A stretch of DNA of 63,454 nt, filler included, from Squatina squatina (lineage: Eukaryota): assembly GCA_031763465.1 (NCBI GenBank). It is 3 parts of 3 records of this genome, joined end to end, with 100 filler letters (N's around TTAATTAATTAA, not from the genome) between each part and the next. Parts side by side here need not be neighbours in the genome. Positions count along the whole stretch, not along the records: positions 17,225 to 39,196 come from JARFOE010000013.1; positions 39,297 to 63,454 come from JARFOE010000162.1; 1 more part is not named here. One strand, written 5' to 3'. The notes below the pieces were generated by a model. It ran no database searches. It worked only from the letters and a program-made list of their open reading frames with translations, and was not told the DNA's origin. The stretch's first letter is position 1. Each line of letters starts with the position of its first letter. This document shows, one piece after another, positions 37,816-50,089 of the stretch. The position numbers and the translations under genes were made by a program.

Positions 37816-37977
37816 ATAAAAGTGTCAAAGATGGCACCACCTTGTATATACTTTACTCAGTGGACCAAATACTGCCCTCGGCAACAAGGGAACGAATTGA
37901 CTTTCTTCCTCACTATGATACATTGGTTAAAAGTGGCATGTATGAATACTATGCCAGTGAAGGGCAGACTCCTTTGC
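37816..37977 (+). CDS. SMCHD1: SMCHD1 (GHKL ATPase region), exon equivalent to human exon 3
   Basis: TTTAG acceptor and GTAAGT donor. The 162 nt encode [54 protein letters not shown], matching recalled SMCHD1 ([26 protein letters not shown]). Confidence 0.95.
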
Positions 37978-38146
37978 GTAAGTATATAATTTACACTATT
38001 TAATTTGAGTAATATTGTGGTAAATAATTCTAAACTTCGATACTGTTGTATATTGCTTGCGCCGAACTTCCTGAACTACTGGAGCAATGCTTTATGAAAA
38101 TGTAGGCAAACACACAACTAACCTGTTTTTTTTTGTAAATAAACAG

Positions 38147-38229
38147 CATTTGCCTTTGCCGAATTGATAGATAATTCATTATCTGCAACAGCCAGCAGCA
38201 AAGGAATTCGTAACATACAAGTACGATTG
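38147..38229 (+). CDS. SMCHD1: SMCHD1 exon carrying GHKL motif I (ELIDNS)
   Basis: CAG acceptor and GTGAGT donor. The 83 nt encode PFAFAELIDNSLSATASSKGIRNIQVRL, in phase with the preceding exon. Confidence 0.95.
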
Positions 38230-38400
38230 GTGAGTAATATATGAAAAAATCTTACATCTGTGTGTACTTCCTGCCAACTTTTCCATTATACATTTCCATG
38301 NNNNNNNNNNNNNNNNNNNNNNNNNNNNNNNNNNNNNNNNNNNNNNNNNNNNNNNNNNNNNNNNNNNNNNNNNNNNNNNNNNNNNNNNNNNNNNNNNNNN

Positions 38401-38560
38401 ATTATCACAGTACTGTTTGCGGGAGCTTGCTTGTGCGCAAATTGGTTGCCGCATTTCCCACATTACAACAGTGACTACACTCCAAAATGCTTCATTGGCT
38501 GTGAAGTGCTTTGGGACATCCTGTGGTCATTAAATGCATTCTATAAATGCAAGACTTTCT
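38401..38560 (+). mobile_element. DeuSINE (SacSINE1-like) 3' half
   Basis: gggagcttgc...gcgcaaattggttgccgcatttccc acattacaacagtgactacact...cttcattggctgtgaagtgctttgggacatcctg...ataaatgcaag. Confidence 0.8.
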
Positions 38561-38906
38561 TTCACATCACTGCAAGGCCTGTGTGAAGCTGCTGTTGCCT
38601 CATACTGAATATGGAGTTGAAGCTTGAAGACTGCTTAGGGTGGGTGTGTGTAAGTAACTGATGCTGATTTTATAGACCAATAATAACCAGATGATACAAA
38701 AAGGAAATAATTTTGTAAAAATGAACATTGAAGATATTATTTACCTTTCAGTCAGGATAGTAACAACTTTTTTGACCCACTGAGATTGGGGATTCACACA
38801 AACTATAATCCCATTCTTCAAGGTAATTCTGTAACACATAAACAAAAAATCTTTTCATTAAAATGTTAACGATAAAATGTAAAAGGTACAGTACTGCCAC
38901 TTGCAG

Positions 38907-39040
38907 GTGAACTCACTATCTCAAGGTAAATCAGCAGTGGCTGTAATTGACAACGGGAGGGGAATGACATCTAAGCAGCTTAATAACTGGGCTGTGTATC
39001 GGCTGTCCAAGTTCACCAGAACAGATGATGACGTAGCAAG
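38907..39040 (+). CDS. SMCHD1: SMCHD1 exon carrying GHKL motif II (DNGRGM)
   Basis: CAG acceptor with a weak pyrimidine tract and AG|GTTTGT donor. It encodes [44 protein letters not shown]. The phase 0 start fits the previous exon. Confidence 0.9.
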
Positions 39041-39240
39041 GTTTGTTTCCAGATATAGCTCACAAATGCACCAGCTTAATACATATTTTTAAGCTGATAT
39101 GTTACTAACTCAAGTTGCTCATTTTACTGTTTACATGAGAACAGCCATTATAGAATTAACTGTTGTAACAAATGACCATGAATGAGTGCCAAGTACNNNN
39201 NNNNNNNNNNNNNNNNNNNNNNNNNNNNNNNNNNNNNNNN

Positions 39241-39252
39241 TTAATTAATTAA
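39241..39252. other. Synthetic contig-joining linker (44 N + TTAATTAATTAA + 44 N)
   Basis: Same construct as 17169-17180. Confidence 0.95.
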
Positions 39253-39377
39253 NNNNNNNNNNNNNNNNNNNNNNNNNNNNNNNNNNNNNNNNNNNNTGCT
39301 TGTATTTCAGATTCCAGCATCCAGATTCCAGTATTTTGCTTTCGTCTACATTACGCGGTTGGATGACGCTCGAGTGT

Positions 39378-39548
39378 CAGTCAAACAGCCTTTCTTCCCC
39401 ACTCTGATATTCTTACAACTAATAAACAAAAGTGTTTAAAGAAAATCAAAAGAACATATTTTTTTAACGTCCCTGTGATTTTTCTCCCAGGGTTGCTCAC
39501 AGCAGTGTCCTGGAGATTAATCTTTAATTCCTGGAAACGCCAGGGCAT
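39378..39548 (+). mobile_element. hAT-like MITE internal part (same family as 63312)
   Basis: caaacagcctt...aataaacaaaagtgtt is shared with 63364-63425. Confidence 0.6.
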
Positions 39549-42080
39549 TTTTGGTGCTGGTCTGTTGTTGGGCCGCTGCCTTCAGTGAATTGAGTTCCCC
39601 AGTTTAAAGAAGAGGGGTCCTCGACAGCCTATAGATGCCTACCCCATGTCTGACCCATATTTTACCAGTGATTTTGCCATTTTAGAAACCAAATTTAAGA
39701 CTCTGCCATAGGACCCAGCCAAATTCACACCATGCTTTGAGGAACGGTAATTCATTTTGCATCCTCTCTTCTCCTCCCCTCCCCACCCTCAACCCCTTTA
39801 ACCCATTCCACCAGCTTGATGGACAAGCGGCCCCTGCTCACAGGCCGAATCCAACATGTCATTCGTAATCTAGCCACTAGGAGGTGCAAGAAAGAGATCC
39901 AGGCTGTTCTGCCTCTCCTCCCCCAGCCCAACAATTTGGCTGAGATCAGTCACGTCGGATTACAGAAACAGTCCTTTCTGCCTAGCCAGTCTGCGTTGGT
40001 GCTTATTCTTCATATGAGCAGTGATATCCCTTATTCCTGTAACTGTTTATCCTATCTTTCTTTCAACCATCAATGTAACCTGTTTCTAAATGTGTAATTA
40101 TTTCAAGATATATAAACAGAGTTCTATTCATGTTAACAATTTTGCAATCTCTCAAATGGCTTCTTCTAAAATGTATTGCTGGCAATTGCCTAATCCCAGG
40201 AAATATGGGAAACAGCACTGGGAATATTTAACTATGAGTTAGGCTGGTCCAAATTCTAGCTTTTTGTGAAGTCTGAGAATGACTGCAAGGCAGCTATCGC
40301 CAAGATTTCCTCCACTCCAGTAAACCTCACATATAAAATGTACATACTGCAAACAGACCGCTTGGCTTCATTTTCTCCACTGGTCTCCATTCGATCAAAA
40401 GCTACAACACTTAGACGGGCCTTTTTAAAATGANNNNNNNNNNNNNNNNNNNNNNNNNNNNNNNNNNNNNNNNNNNNNNNNNNNNNNNNNNNNNNNNNNN
40501 NNNNNNNNNNNNNNNNNNNNNNNNNNNNNNNNNAGAACCAACCCATCAGATTCCTTGCATTTTAGAGATATTTGCAGCCAGCATAAAGCATAGATCCATA
40601 GGACAAGAGTTTAAAGTAATCTATTTTCCCTCATAGGGAACTCTCCGACAGGAACCAGACTGAAAATTGATAAACATTCTCACAGATTCCTTAGTGTGCT
40701 TGAGTAGTACTTCCACCTGCATTTGAGTTTGTAATTTCATAATAACATAATGGATTAATCTCACTCTGAACAGGCAATTTTAAGGCTTGACAAACTATGT
40801 GGCCTCATGCATAACAGATGATGAAAGAAGGAAAAATGGGATCACAGACACTATTTTTTTCTAACAAAATCAGGGTTTCAACTGATGTGACAATAACATA
40901 ACTGTAAAAGTTAATCTAAGGTTATATACTACTTTATTATAATACATTTTAGCATCATACTGTAAAATTATTCCAGTGTTATGCACAGCTGAATTTTATT
41001 TGTGATTTATAAAGGTTTCATTTTGGCAGTGTTGTAGATTGGCAATGGATTGACATGGATAATGTTCAAAGCTGATCTAAAAGTGATTTACATTTGATGT
41101 TCATGTCTTCAGATTAAAAAAAAAAATGATTTCCTGTACACATCTAAGACAAAGCTGTACTTAATCTTTCAAAATGATGTCCCTTCTTAGGATAATTGAA
41201 TCATGATTGGAAGTTAATTAGCAATTATGTTCAGGAGGTCATTATCTTCTGCTATAAGGGATTTATGAAAGTTAATGTGTTTCGTAAAGGACTAACATCA
41301 TGTAGAGGGATTTACAAAATCATAATCTATCTCACAGTCATGCTGGAAGCCATAGAAGGAATTTAGTATTAAAAGGATTACTGGGATAAAGCCCTGGCAA
41401 GTTATTGTAATGTCTGGTTGTCGCCAATTTTTCAACTGCAACTGTTTTGTAATTAATGATTAACTTCACCAGGTATTGAATGACTTACTTCAGTTTTTAG
41501 TCTGATTTTATCTTATTATTTTATGCTTTATTAGGAGTTGAGCACTGATTGATCAAATCTAAACAAGAATTAATTGAAATTTCACCAGTGGGTCAAGAGT
41601 CAGAGTGAATAACAACTTGGCAGGAATGCACATAACCAAATAAAAGAACAGTACTCCTTTGTGACCTTTGTTATTAACAACAATAATGTACAGTTATAAG
41701 GCATCTTAACTTCAGAAGTTCCGAGGCACTTCTGAGTTTAGAAGTGCACCCTGGGTAGTAGTCGGAGAGTTCGGAGAGACCATGGTCAAAATGAAAGGTT
41801 TGAAGAGGCTTTTGAGATAGATGTAAATAGCAAGTTGGAGGCATTTAGGGAAAGAGTAGAGCTACAATGGCTCTGCTACTGAAATGGGGCACAAGAAGAG
41901 GGGGTGATGTACAGGAGGTCCGAATCAGATGATCACGGAAAACCAAAAATATTTACACAAATTTTAAAACATTAAATTAANNNNNNNNNNNNNNNNNNNN
42001 NNNNNNNNNNNNNNNNNNNNNNNNNNNNNNNNNNNNNNNNNNNNNNNNNNNNNNNNNNNNNNNNNNNNNNNNNNNNNNNN

Positions 42081-42129
42081 CTTCTCGCAGATCCCTAGGG
42101 GGCCACGGACCCCGAGTTGAGGACCCCTG
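42081..42129. mobile_element. hAT (Charlie-like) element terminus
   Basis: Ends gttgaggacccctg, the reverse complement of a CAGGGGTCCTCAAC-type TIR. Confidence 0.6.
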
Positions 42130-43945
42130 CTTTGAAGCATTATGATGCACAAGATCCCTGCACCTCAGAGACAAAAATAAGATGGCACTGCTCTTCTGCT
42201 TGCAAGCATGTTTCTACAACACTCCATGTTCCACAAGAAAAAAAAATCAGCTTTTATTTCTTCCAGGCCATCAGTTGCATGTTCAGGTTGCTCACCGAAA
42301 GCTAGAACCAAAAGCATTCAGATAACACTTTCCTTCTTGGCTTCAGGGGAGCATGTGACAATTTGTATGCTTTACCTTGAACAACTTACAAAATTCTGCA
42401 CTTCCAGAAACCAAGTGCTTCCAAGTAAAATTCTTAACTCTGAGGGTTGCTGCCCTACTTTGCAAATGCATAAAAATCCCTGCTAATATAACTGGAAAAT
42501 TGATCGACAAAACTAAACGGCACTTGAGTCTGAAAGGTTAAAGTTATTTTTAATAATAATACAACTGGTATAGGTTATTGTGTCCGCCTTCATAACATCA
42601 GAATCGTCCATGGGTTTGCAGGATGTCCACACTATATCGCTTAAGTATCTTGCAACTTGGCCCAAGTTCATTTTATGTCAGCATTAAACCAACAACAATC
42701 TGGTCAGTGAATCAGGCCAAAGTCGATAGAAAATGCTCCAAGTGTACCCACAAACATAGCTTGACATACTTGTGCGGATATTCTGGGACAGGGACAGTCG
42801 ATAGAAAGAAAGGTGTGGCTGCAGTGTGTGTGACATTCAGATTTTGAAGGTTGAGTTGTTTGGAGATAGTCAAGGACTATCTCAGTAGGCCTGAGGGAGA
42901 CACTATCTATGCTAATATAAAGCCTCTGACCATGTTTATCAAGTTAGACTTGTGTTTAATGGAAATGTACTTTAGCTAATTAAACCACCTTTGGACACCT
43001 TCCAAGTGGCTTTTAAATCCACTATTTGAAGTTACATTATTCAGAATTTACACTTCACACCCAATTTATCGCTCTCATTTATAGTGCAATTGAAAATTAT
43101 ACTCTGGAAATAAAACATAAGTGTCATATCAGTAGGATGTATTCAGCATATACCCAGAATACATTTATANNNNNNNNNNNNNNNNNNNNNNNNNNNNNNN
43201 NNNNNNNNNNNNNNNNNNNNNNNNNNNNNNNNNNNNNNNNNNNNNNNNNNNNNNNNNNNNNNNNNNNNNTCTAAAGTAAAAGAGAAAATAATAAGATGCA
43301 TTACAAAATAATATCAAAGAGTCATTAGTTGCCAAATCCAGCTTGATATAAATGACTGCAGAAACTTTCAATCTGAGGAAGACCTGTAGCTCACACCTGA
43401 GATATCCAGACAACTCACTTGTAGAAATAATCATGTACCTAATTCCCTGCTCCTGGTGTGGATTGGCAGGGAGCTCGGGTAAGGAAATCACAGGCCTCCA
43501 CGACCTCATTTTATATCCAAACACTGTGACCCCACAGTTCTCTGCAGGCACCACTTCATGCTGGAATTCTCTCAATGATACCTGCAAGTCCTGTTGTGTC
43601 TATTTAGCAATTATTGCAGGCTCTGGATCCACAGCGAGCCAGTTGCAGAGCTCCATCATCTGCTACAAGGTCACCTATTGCTTACTTCTACCATTGGGAT
43701 GGTACAGCCAGTGGTAACAGTAACATGATACTATGTCCAAAGTATTGCACTGTTACATTTTATAAAATATGGAGTGTCATTTATGGCAGCCATATAGTTA
43801 TTGAGGCAACAGACTCTCTTGCTCCTCTACTACCACCAATTACAATCCCTTATTTTTACACTGCGCTTCATATGCCATTACCTCCTCAAACTCACTAACT
43901 GCATCCTCTTGGATGTGTGTATCTGTGCTGGTGTTCATAAATGCT

Positions 43946-44082
43946 GGGGGTAACTTTAACTTTGTGCAATAGTGTAAAACGGGTGATAGTGAATTGGCAG
44001 CCCATTTTACATCTTTCCTGATTTTTATTTCCATTGATTGCAAATTTGTTAACACCCATTTAATAAAGTCAAACCTACTCCC
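43946..44082. mobile_element. Short palindromic MITE
   Basis: ggggtaactttaacttt ... aaagtcaaacctactcc termini. The interior (gtaaaacggg, ttttaca, ttccattga) is shared with 48434. Confidence 0.55.
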
Positions 44083-47000
44083 ACTGAGAGATGCTGTTTT
44101 GTTCTGAACCACTTCAGGTCTAAATGACAGAAAAGCAACAAATATTCGAACTCCGGCTCCAAAATATGCCTTAGAGCAAAGCTTGCATTGTGTGTGTTTT
44201 GTGCGTGGGCGTGTGTATATTCCAATGTGAAAGTCAGTGAGAAGGTAATCAAGAGCTGGACAATACTAATGGTAAGCTTCAGGAAGGCTTGTGGCTTCAT
44301 TTTGCCTTATCTCCTTCATGCTTTTATATAGAAAGATGGCCAGGGTGACCTCCTGTAAGGGAGTCAAGAGCTTATCATTTCTGAGCCCTCTTCCATTTCA
44401 GCTCTGTTCCTGTCTACTTTGTCAGCTTTCAAATGGAGCTGTTCAAGTGTCGGGCTTCTTTATCATCCTGCTTCCACATTCATTTTATGATACAACCACA
44501 AACATTATAACACATTAACAGTACTCCCATCTACTGTTTTTGCCAGTTAATATTTGTGCCCCATGCAGCCTTTGGAAAAGCTGAGCAAGAATGTGTTCCA
44601 CATGCAGCCACTTATTTTTAGTTGTGGCACACAGCCCTTTAAGGGCCAATGATGCACCAGATTCCACCCTCCTTGGTGAGATCCAAGTGCCAGGTCCAGG
44701 CGAGGCTTGGAGCTCACTTTGAATGGTAAATGAAGGCTGATCCGGAATGTCCAGTGAGAGTTGCCCCTGTGTTTGTAGCTCAGCACCAGGACCAGAAGTA
44801 TATCCTACGGATGTAGCTTGCATGATTGATTGCCTTTATGAAACCCAGATCTCATTGTGTCAAAGAGGTTGTGTTCAATTGGAATATATCAAAAATCATT
44901 AGTGGTAATAAATCTTTTTAATTCCTCAGAACTTTATCATTCTCTGGGTCAATTACATTGTAGAGATTACATTGATTTAATGGGGACTTCATGTCATACA
45001 AACACAGGATCAATAGCATAACTGCAGCTTATGTCGAATTGATTCACACTCAGAGGCCACTTCTCAGAGTGATAAAGATTACCTGTAGCAGAAGGTCTCA
45101 CAACTTCAGCTTCTCATTAGCTGTAGTCTAACTGCAATTGGTGTAAAAGTAGCTTTCAAGTTTCTAATGTTAGAAAACAGATAACTAGCAGTCAGTATAA
45201 AAATTGTATTTACTGACTTTCTCATTAAACAAACATAGTTCTGTATTAGAGGATACTGGTAGTTGAAGTCAGCGGTGCACTAATGGCAGAATTTACTCCC
45301 AATCAGGTTCCCCAAAAATTTTCAGTGGGGTAAGATACATACAAACCNNNNNNNNNNNNNNNNNNNNNNNNNNNNNNNNNNNNNNNNNNNNNNNNNNNNN
45401 NNNNNNNNNNNNNNNNNNNNNNNNNNNNNNNNNNNNNNNNNNNNNNNAGTTGTGGGCCTCTAAATGGCTCGGACCGTTTGTCGAGAAGAATGGGTATGCC
45501 GTGGGCACGCAACGCCTGCCCAATCTCTGCTGGTAGTTAAAATCACCCCTCACATATCTTAAGAGGATATTCTTGATTTCTTGATCAGGCCTGATAACCT
45601 TCAACCTGTTTGAGCAGTATAGGCTCAGCCAATCAGAGCACTATATTTTAAAATGCAATGATCAGGTTATTAATATTCATGAAGTAATATTCTGTCCATT
45701 GATGTTATTGCCATACAGACAGAAGCAAACTGTACATATATTTGAAATATGTTATGACAATGGCTCCTGAGAAAATATCACCAATACCTGGGCAATTATG
45801 CTTAATGTTTTCCCTAGAGCGGTTAAAGATTATTGTGCTGCTGTGTCAGCTGGCTGTGCTTTTTAAGTCTGACAAAACGACAGCCAGTGGTCTGTTTTGC
45901 TGTGAATGTTTTACAGATGGCTGGGTCTTGGCAATCACGTTGAAAAGAGAATTTGAGTTTTCTGCACGCAATCTTTTCTTACTTAATGCATCTTGCCCTC
46001 TGGGACCTAATACTTTGTTCCTGCCATATGATTGTGAAAGATATCATTGCAGGAATCAACAAGAACAAAATATTTTCCTTCCACCAGTGTGGAATTTGTT
46101 GATGCAGGAAGAGTGAGCAACCTTTTCAACATGTAAACCATTTCAACAAGGAATAATTAAAGAAATGATTGGAATCATCCCACACTCAATCCCCCTCTCC
46201 TCTAACACCCGATTTATAAATTTTATGGGCGCTCAATTGGCCTTTTTAACGTTTGTGGCTATATGTGACCAATAAGAGTAAATTTAGCACCTGTTTTGCG
46301 CCATTATTTTAAGACACAGATTTGGTTTCTTAGAAAATCTTTGGTGGGCAGATTAAAAATTGGTGCAAAAAACCAGCGCTATTTGCACTAATGGCACTTA
46401 GGTTTTTTCAGTAGACCAATGTAAGGAGGTCCTATCAAGTGTCAGGCCACCTCAGCCCTTAAAGGGGATAGCCGTGCAGACACAGGCAATGCTTAGGTGA
46501 GTCATAGCATAGATCNNNNNNNNNNNNNNNNNNNNNNNNNNNNNNNNNNNNNNNNNNNNNNNNNNNNNNNNNNNNNNNNNNNNNNNNNNNNNNNNNNNNN
46601 NNNNNNNNNNNNNNNCAGTCACTGATTTAGCGAGTCCAGGCAATTAGCAAGTGTGAAGATCCATCATTATTTTAATATAAGCATTTACTAATTATAACAA
46701 TAATGGCAAAGCCTGGAATGCAGCATTTTGAAAAATGAGGTGGAACGTTTAACTTCAATCAAAAAAAAATATACACTGAATGGTGAAGTCTCATAAAGTG
46801 TATGATCTTAATTTGTTAAAAATTCATGTAAAAGAAAAGGTATAAAACTTAACCAAACATGGAGCTAGAAAAGACACAGAGGAGAACTAGGACTGTAAGA
46901 AATGAGCACATTTGTAATTGATTATTTATGGGCAACAATTTATTACTGGTCCAGAGACAAAAAATGTGATTGCTAATGTAATCCAGCTGTGTCCCACTTT

Positions 47001-47479
47001 ATCAGACTTGATTTTCCAGGCTGTAAATTACTATCTTGTTTTATATTTTGCTGTAAATTACATCCTAATTTTATTTTTCACCATATTCATGATGACACTC
47101 TGATAAAATCTTCAATTATCAGCGGCTGCCTCTCTCAAATATGCGCAGCAGATGAGATGAATAATTAACAGACCAGTATTTGTAATGTCAAGAATGAACA
47201 GGCTGAACTGGAGCACAATATGCAAAAGACACAGACTGTTACTGTTAAACAGTTAACAGAATGAGGTTGCCATAGAAATGAGGAAGGTATATTTTTATGA
47301 AGAAGTGTACATTTAAGAACTGTGTTCCTCAGGGACCTGTTCATGAATTATATTTAAAGAAGATACTGGAAATTCAGCACAATTTGCTTGTTTATTTTTC
47401 TTTCATTATTCAGGATTGTGTCTCCAATAACAGCTATAGCACTCATAGTGTTTTGTGTTTATTAATATGAGTTCCCTTA

Positions 47480-47620
47480 CATGGGTGAGACATTAAACCA
47501 AGGCCCTATTTACCTGTTTATATCCCAAGGTATTATTCAGAGAGCAAGGAGTTTTCCTGATGACCTCATTTCTCCTTGAACCAACAACATCAAAAGCAGG
47601 TTAACGGGTAGTCATCTCAA
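47480..47620 (+). mobile_element. Degenerate DeuSINE central domain
   Basis: gagacattaaaccaaggccct...tattcagagagcaaggagttttcctgatgacct...aaccaacaacatc. Confidence 0.5.
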
Positions 47621-48433
47621 TGGGCCGGATCTTGTTGANNNNNNNNNNNNNNNNNNNNNNNNNNNNNNNNNNNNNNNNNNNNNNNNNNNNNNNNNNNNNN
47701 NNNNNNNNNNNNNNNNNNNNNNNNNNNNNNNNNNNNNNCTGGATAACACTTCCCCTGAAATAAGCTGCATTTGACAGCACCATTATATCTTGGTGTAAGC
47801 CATATTGTAACACAAGATCATTCGGGGTACATATACTCATTATGCTGTCATGAGCTACGTCTCCCAAGCAAAAATGTATATTTATTTCTGGAAAATAACT
47901 AGTACAAACTGTTTTAATAAAGATTCGATATATAAGTAAAATTCCACCGCACATCTTCTTGGAACATACCTAAAGGTTAGAAAAATAATATTCCCGACTG
48001 GCTGGTATGAATTCCTTAACCTACATATTCAGACATGTTAGTTTCACACATGTAAATGATCATTTTTGATTTTTGCTCCTGGAGAATTTCAGACATATGG
48101 GTTGTTAGTGAGATTAATAATCACACCCACAGGATAATATCTAAAGGAGGAGGAAATACACAACAGCTTTCTGAAAGCCTGCGGACATTCTCTCTTTGAC
48201 CACTGAATCTCCTCGGCAGCTTTGGAAGCTGGTCTGCCATCTATTGTTGAACAAATGCTAAAGTCAGAAAGTGCATTTTATTTCATGAAAATTGTAAAGT
48301 AGGTTGCAAGAAATTTGTAAGAACCACAAAATATTTACAGTTAAACTAGACCTAAATAAACTGCAGTAAAACCAGAATGTTGTAATATCTCCCTTGGACC
48401 AGATATTCTGCTGCAGTCCTGTAGGAGTTAATG

Positions 48434-48595
48434 TGGGTGAAATTGATCTTCGTCGGTACTGCAAAACGGGCAACAGTGATTGACAGCCTGTTTTACACCC
48501 TGCCTTACTTTCTTTTCCATTGAAAATAGTGGAGTGTAAAACAAGCTGCCAATTGGCTGTAGCCCACGGAGACAGCTGAGGACCAAGTTCACTCC
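48434..48595. mobile_element. ~160-bp palindromic MITE
   Basis: TIR gggtgaaattgatcttc versus gaggaccaagttcactc, with internal inverted tgttttacac / gtgtaaaaca. Confidence 0.7.
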
Positions 48596-49541
48596 CAGTG
48601 GTTCTGTCTTTTTGCTTCAATCATGTGACCCACCTGTCTTCAATTCTCTGTATAATCGTTAGAAAAGATTCTTCGTAAAGAAAAGTTTCATGACAACCTC
48701 TAGTCAAGCAAACTGCATGTCTTGTGCCCTATTGCAAGGTTATTTAAGTGAACTACATTCTATTTGTACAGTGATTTAAAAATCGATATAATTGATACAT
48801 GATTCATTAGCAGGTTCACGCTCTGCTTTTACTGCTAGGTATTTATAAAGCAGGATGTGAAACACGTTGATTTATTCACCTGTATATTTTGCAACTCATT
48901 TATTCTATCACAGATGTGATTTCCAGTAATTAATATCCTTTGCAGTCTAGTGATATGACTAGTATTTTCTACACAACACTTTTATTGACTGTATTAGGCA
49001 TAAATGGAATAGATTGCTGATGGAACCAATTAAGCCAGCTGTTTCCTGGTAAATAAAGTAAACCTTTTTCCCTCTGTGTGCATAAAAAGCAGCTGATCAG
49101 ATGGAAATGCCTGCTACAGATGTACTGTGAATGCACAAATAAACTCTGCCAAGAATCTGCAAGGCCCTTGAATCACAGGCAGCTTAAACACAACCGATCC
49201 ACTTAGTAACTTTCCCCACCTCGCACAGCTCATTTACCAATTAGCTGTGCAAGGTACCAATCATAGAATTCTGGAGTGCTTCAGATGGCAATCTATGCTC
49301 CGCCTCTGCTTCTAGGAAACACCCAGCCTGCAGTTTTCATACTGGGTGCAAACAGAGTACAGTGACTAATCCAGGCGTGTTTCAACAGATGGTTAGAGCT
49401 GGCCTAATTCAGTCATCGCAGTTGAATGAGGTTGAGAGGGGNNNNNNNNNNNNNNNNNNNNNNNNNNNNNNNNNNNNNNNNNNNNNNNNNNNNNNNNNNN
49501 NNNNNNNNNNNNNNNNNNNNNNNNNNNNNNNNNNNNNNNNN

Positions 49542-49752
49542 GAATTCTGTATGTTTCAATGAGATCCCCTCTCATTCTTCTAAACTCCAGAGAATACAGG
49601 GCCAGTCTACTCAATCTCTCCTCATAGGACAATCCCGCCATCCCAGGAATCAGTCTGGTGAACCTTCACTGCACCCCATCTATGGCAAGTTTATCCTTTG
49701 GTAAGGAGACCAAAACTGTACACAATACTCCAGGTGTGGTCTCACCAAGGCC
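49542..49752 (-). mobile_element. CR1 LINE ORF2 C-terminal fragment
   Basis: PGMAGLSYEERLSRLALYSLEFRRMRGDLIETYRI is the canonical CR1 C-terminal domain. Confidence 0.92.
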
Positions 49753-49984
49753 CGATCTAATTTCAGCATCTTTCTACATTCTTCCCTTTGATCTACTTGT
49801 CCATTTTAAACGAGCCAGATGGAGAGAAGCACGGAGGTGGAACGTGACCAAGGAACATTCGCAGGAAGAGTGCACCGATTGTATTTTTGTCCATGAACCA
49901 TCTGGTGTTCAGTGCATAATTTTTTTTCAAAAAACCTTCAGCAAACTGTGAGTTGACTGTTTCTGATCTGGTCTCTTGCACTAG

Positions 49985-50089
49985 GAACACAAGAACTGCG
50001 GGGAAATGACTGAAATTGAAGCAAAAGTGAAGTACGTTAAGTTGGCCCGCTCGCTCCGAACCTATGGGGTGTCATTCTTTTTAGTGAAG
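49985..50089 (+). CDS. TLN2: Talin-2 FERM domain (F2-F3 junction), single internal exon
   Basis: CTAG acceptor and AAG|GTAAGG donor. The 105 nt encode EHKNCGEMTEIEAKVKYVKLARSLRTYGVSFFLVK. The residues EHKNCGE, VKY and SLRTY fit recalled TLN2 rather than TLN1 (AHKNCGQ, VRY, SLKTY). Confidence 0.93.
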
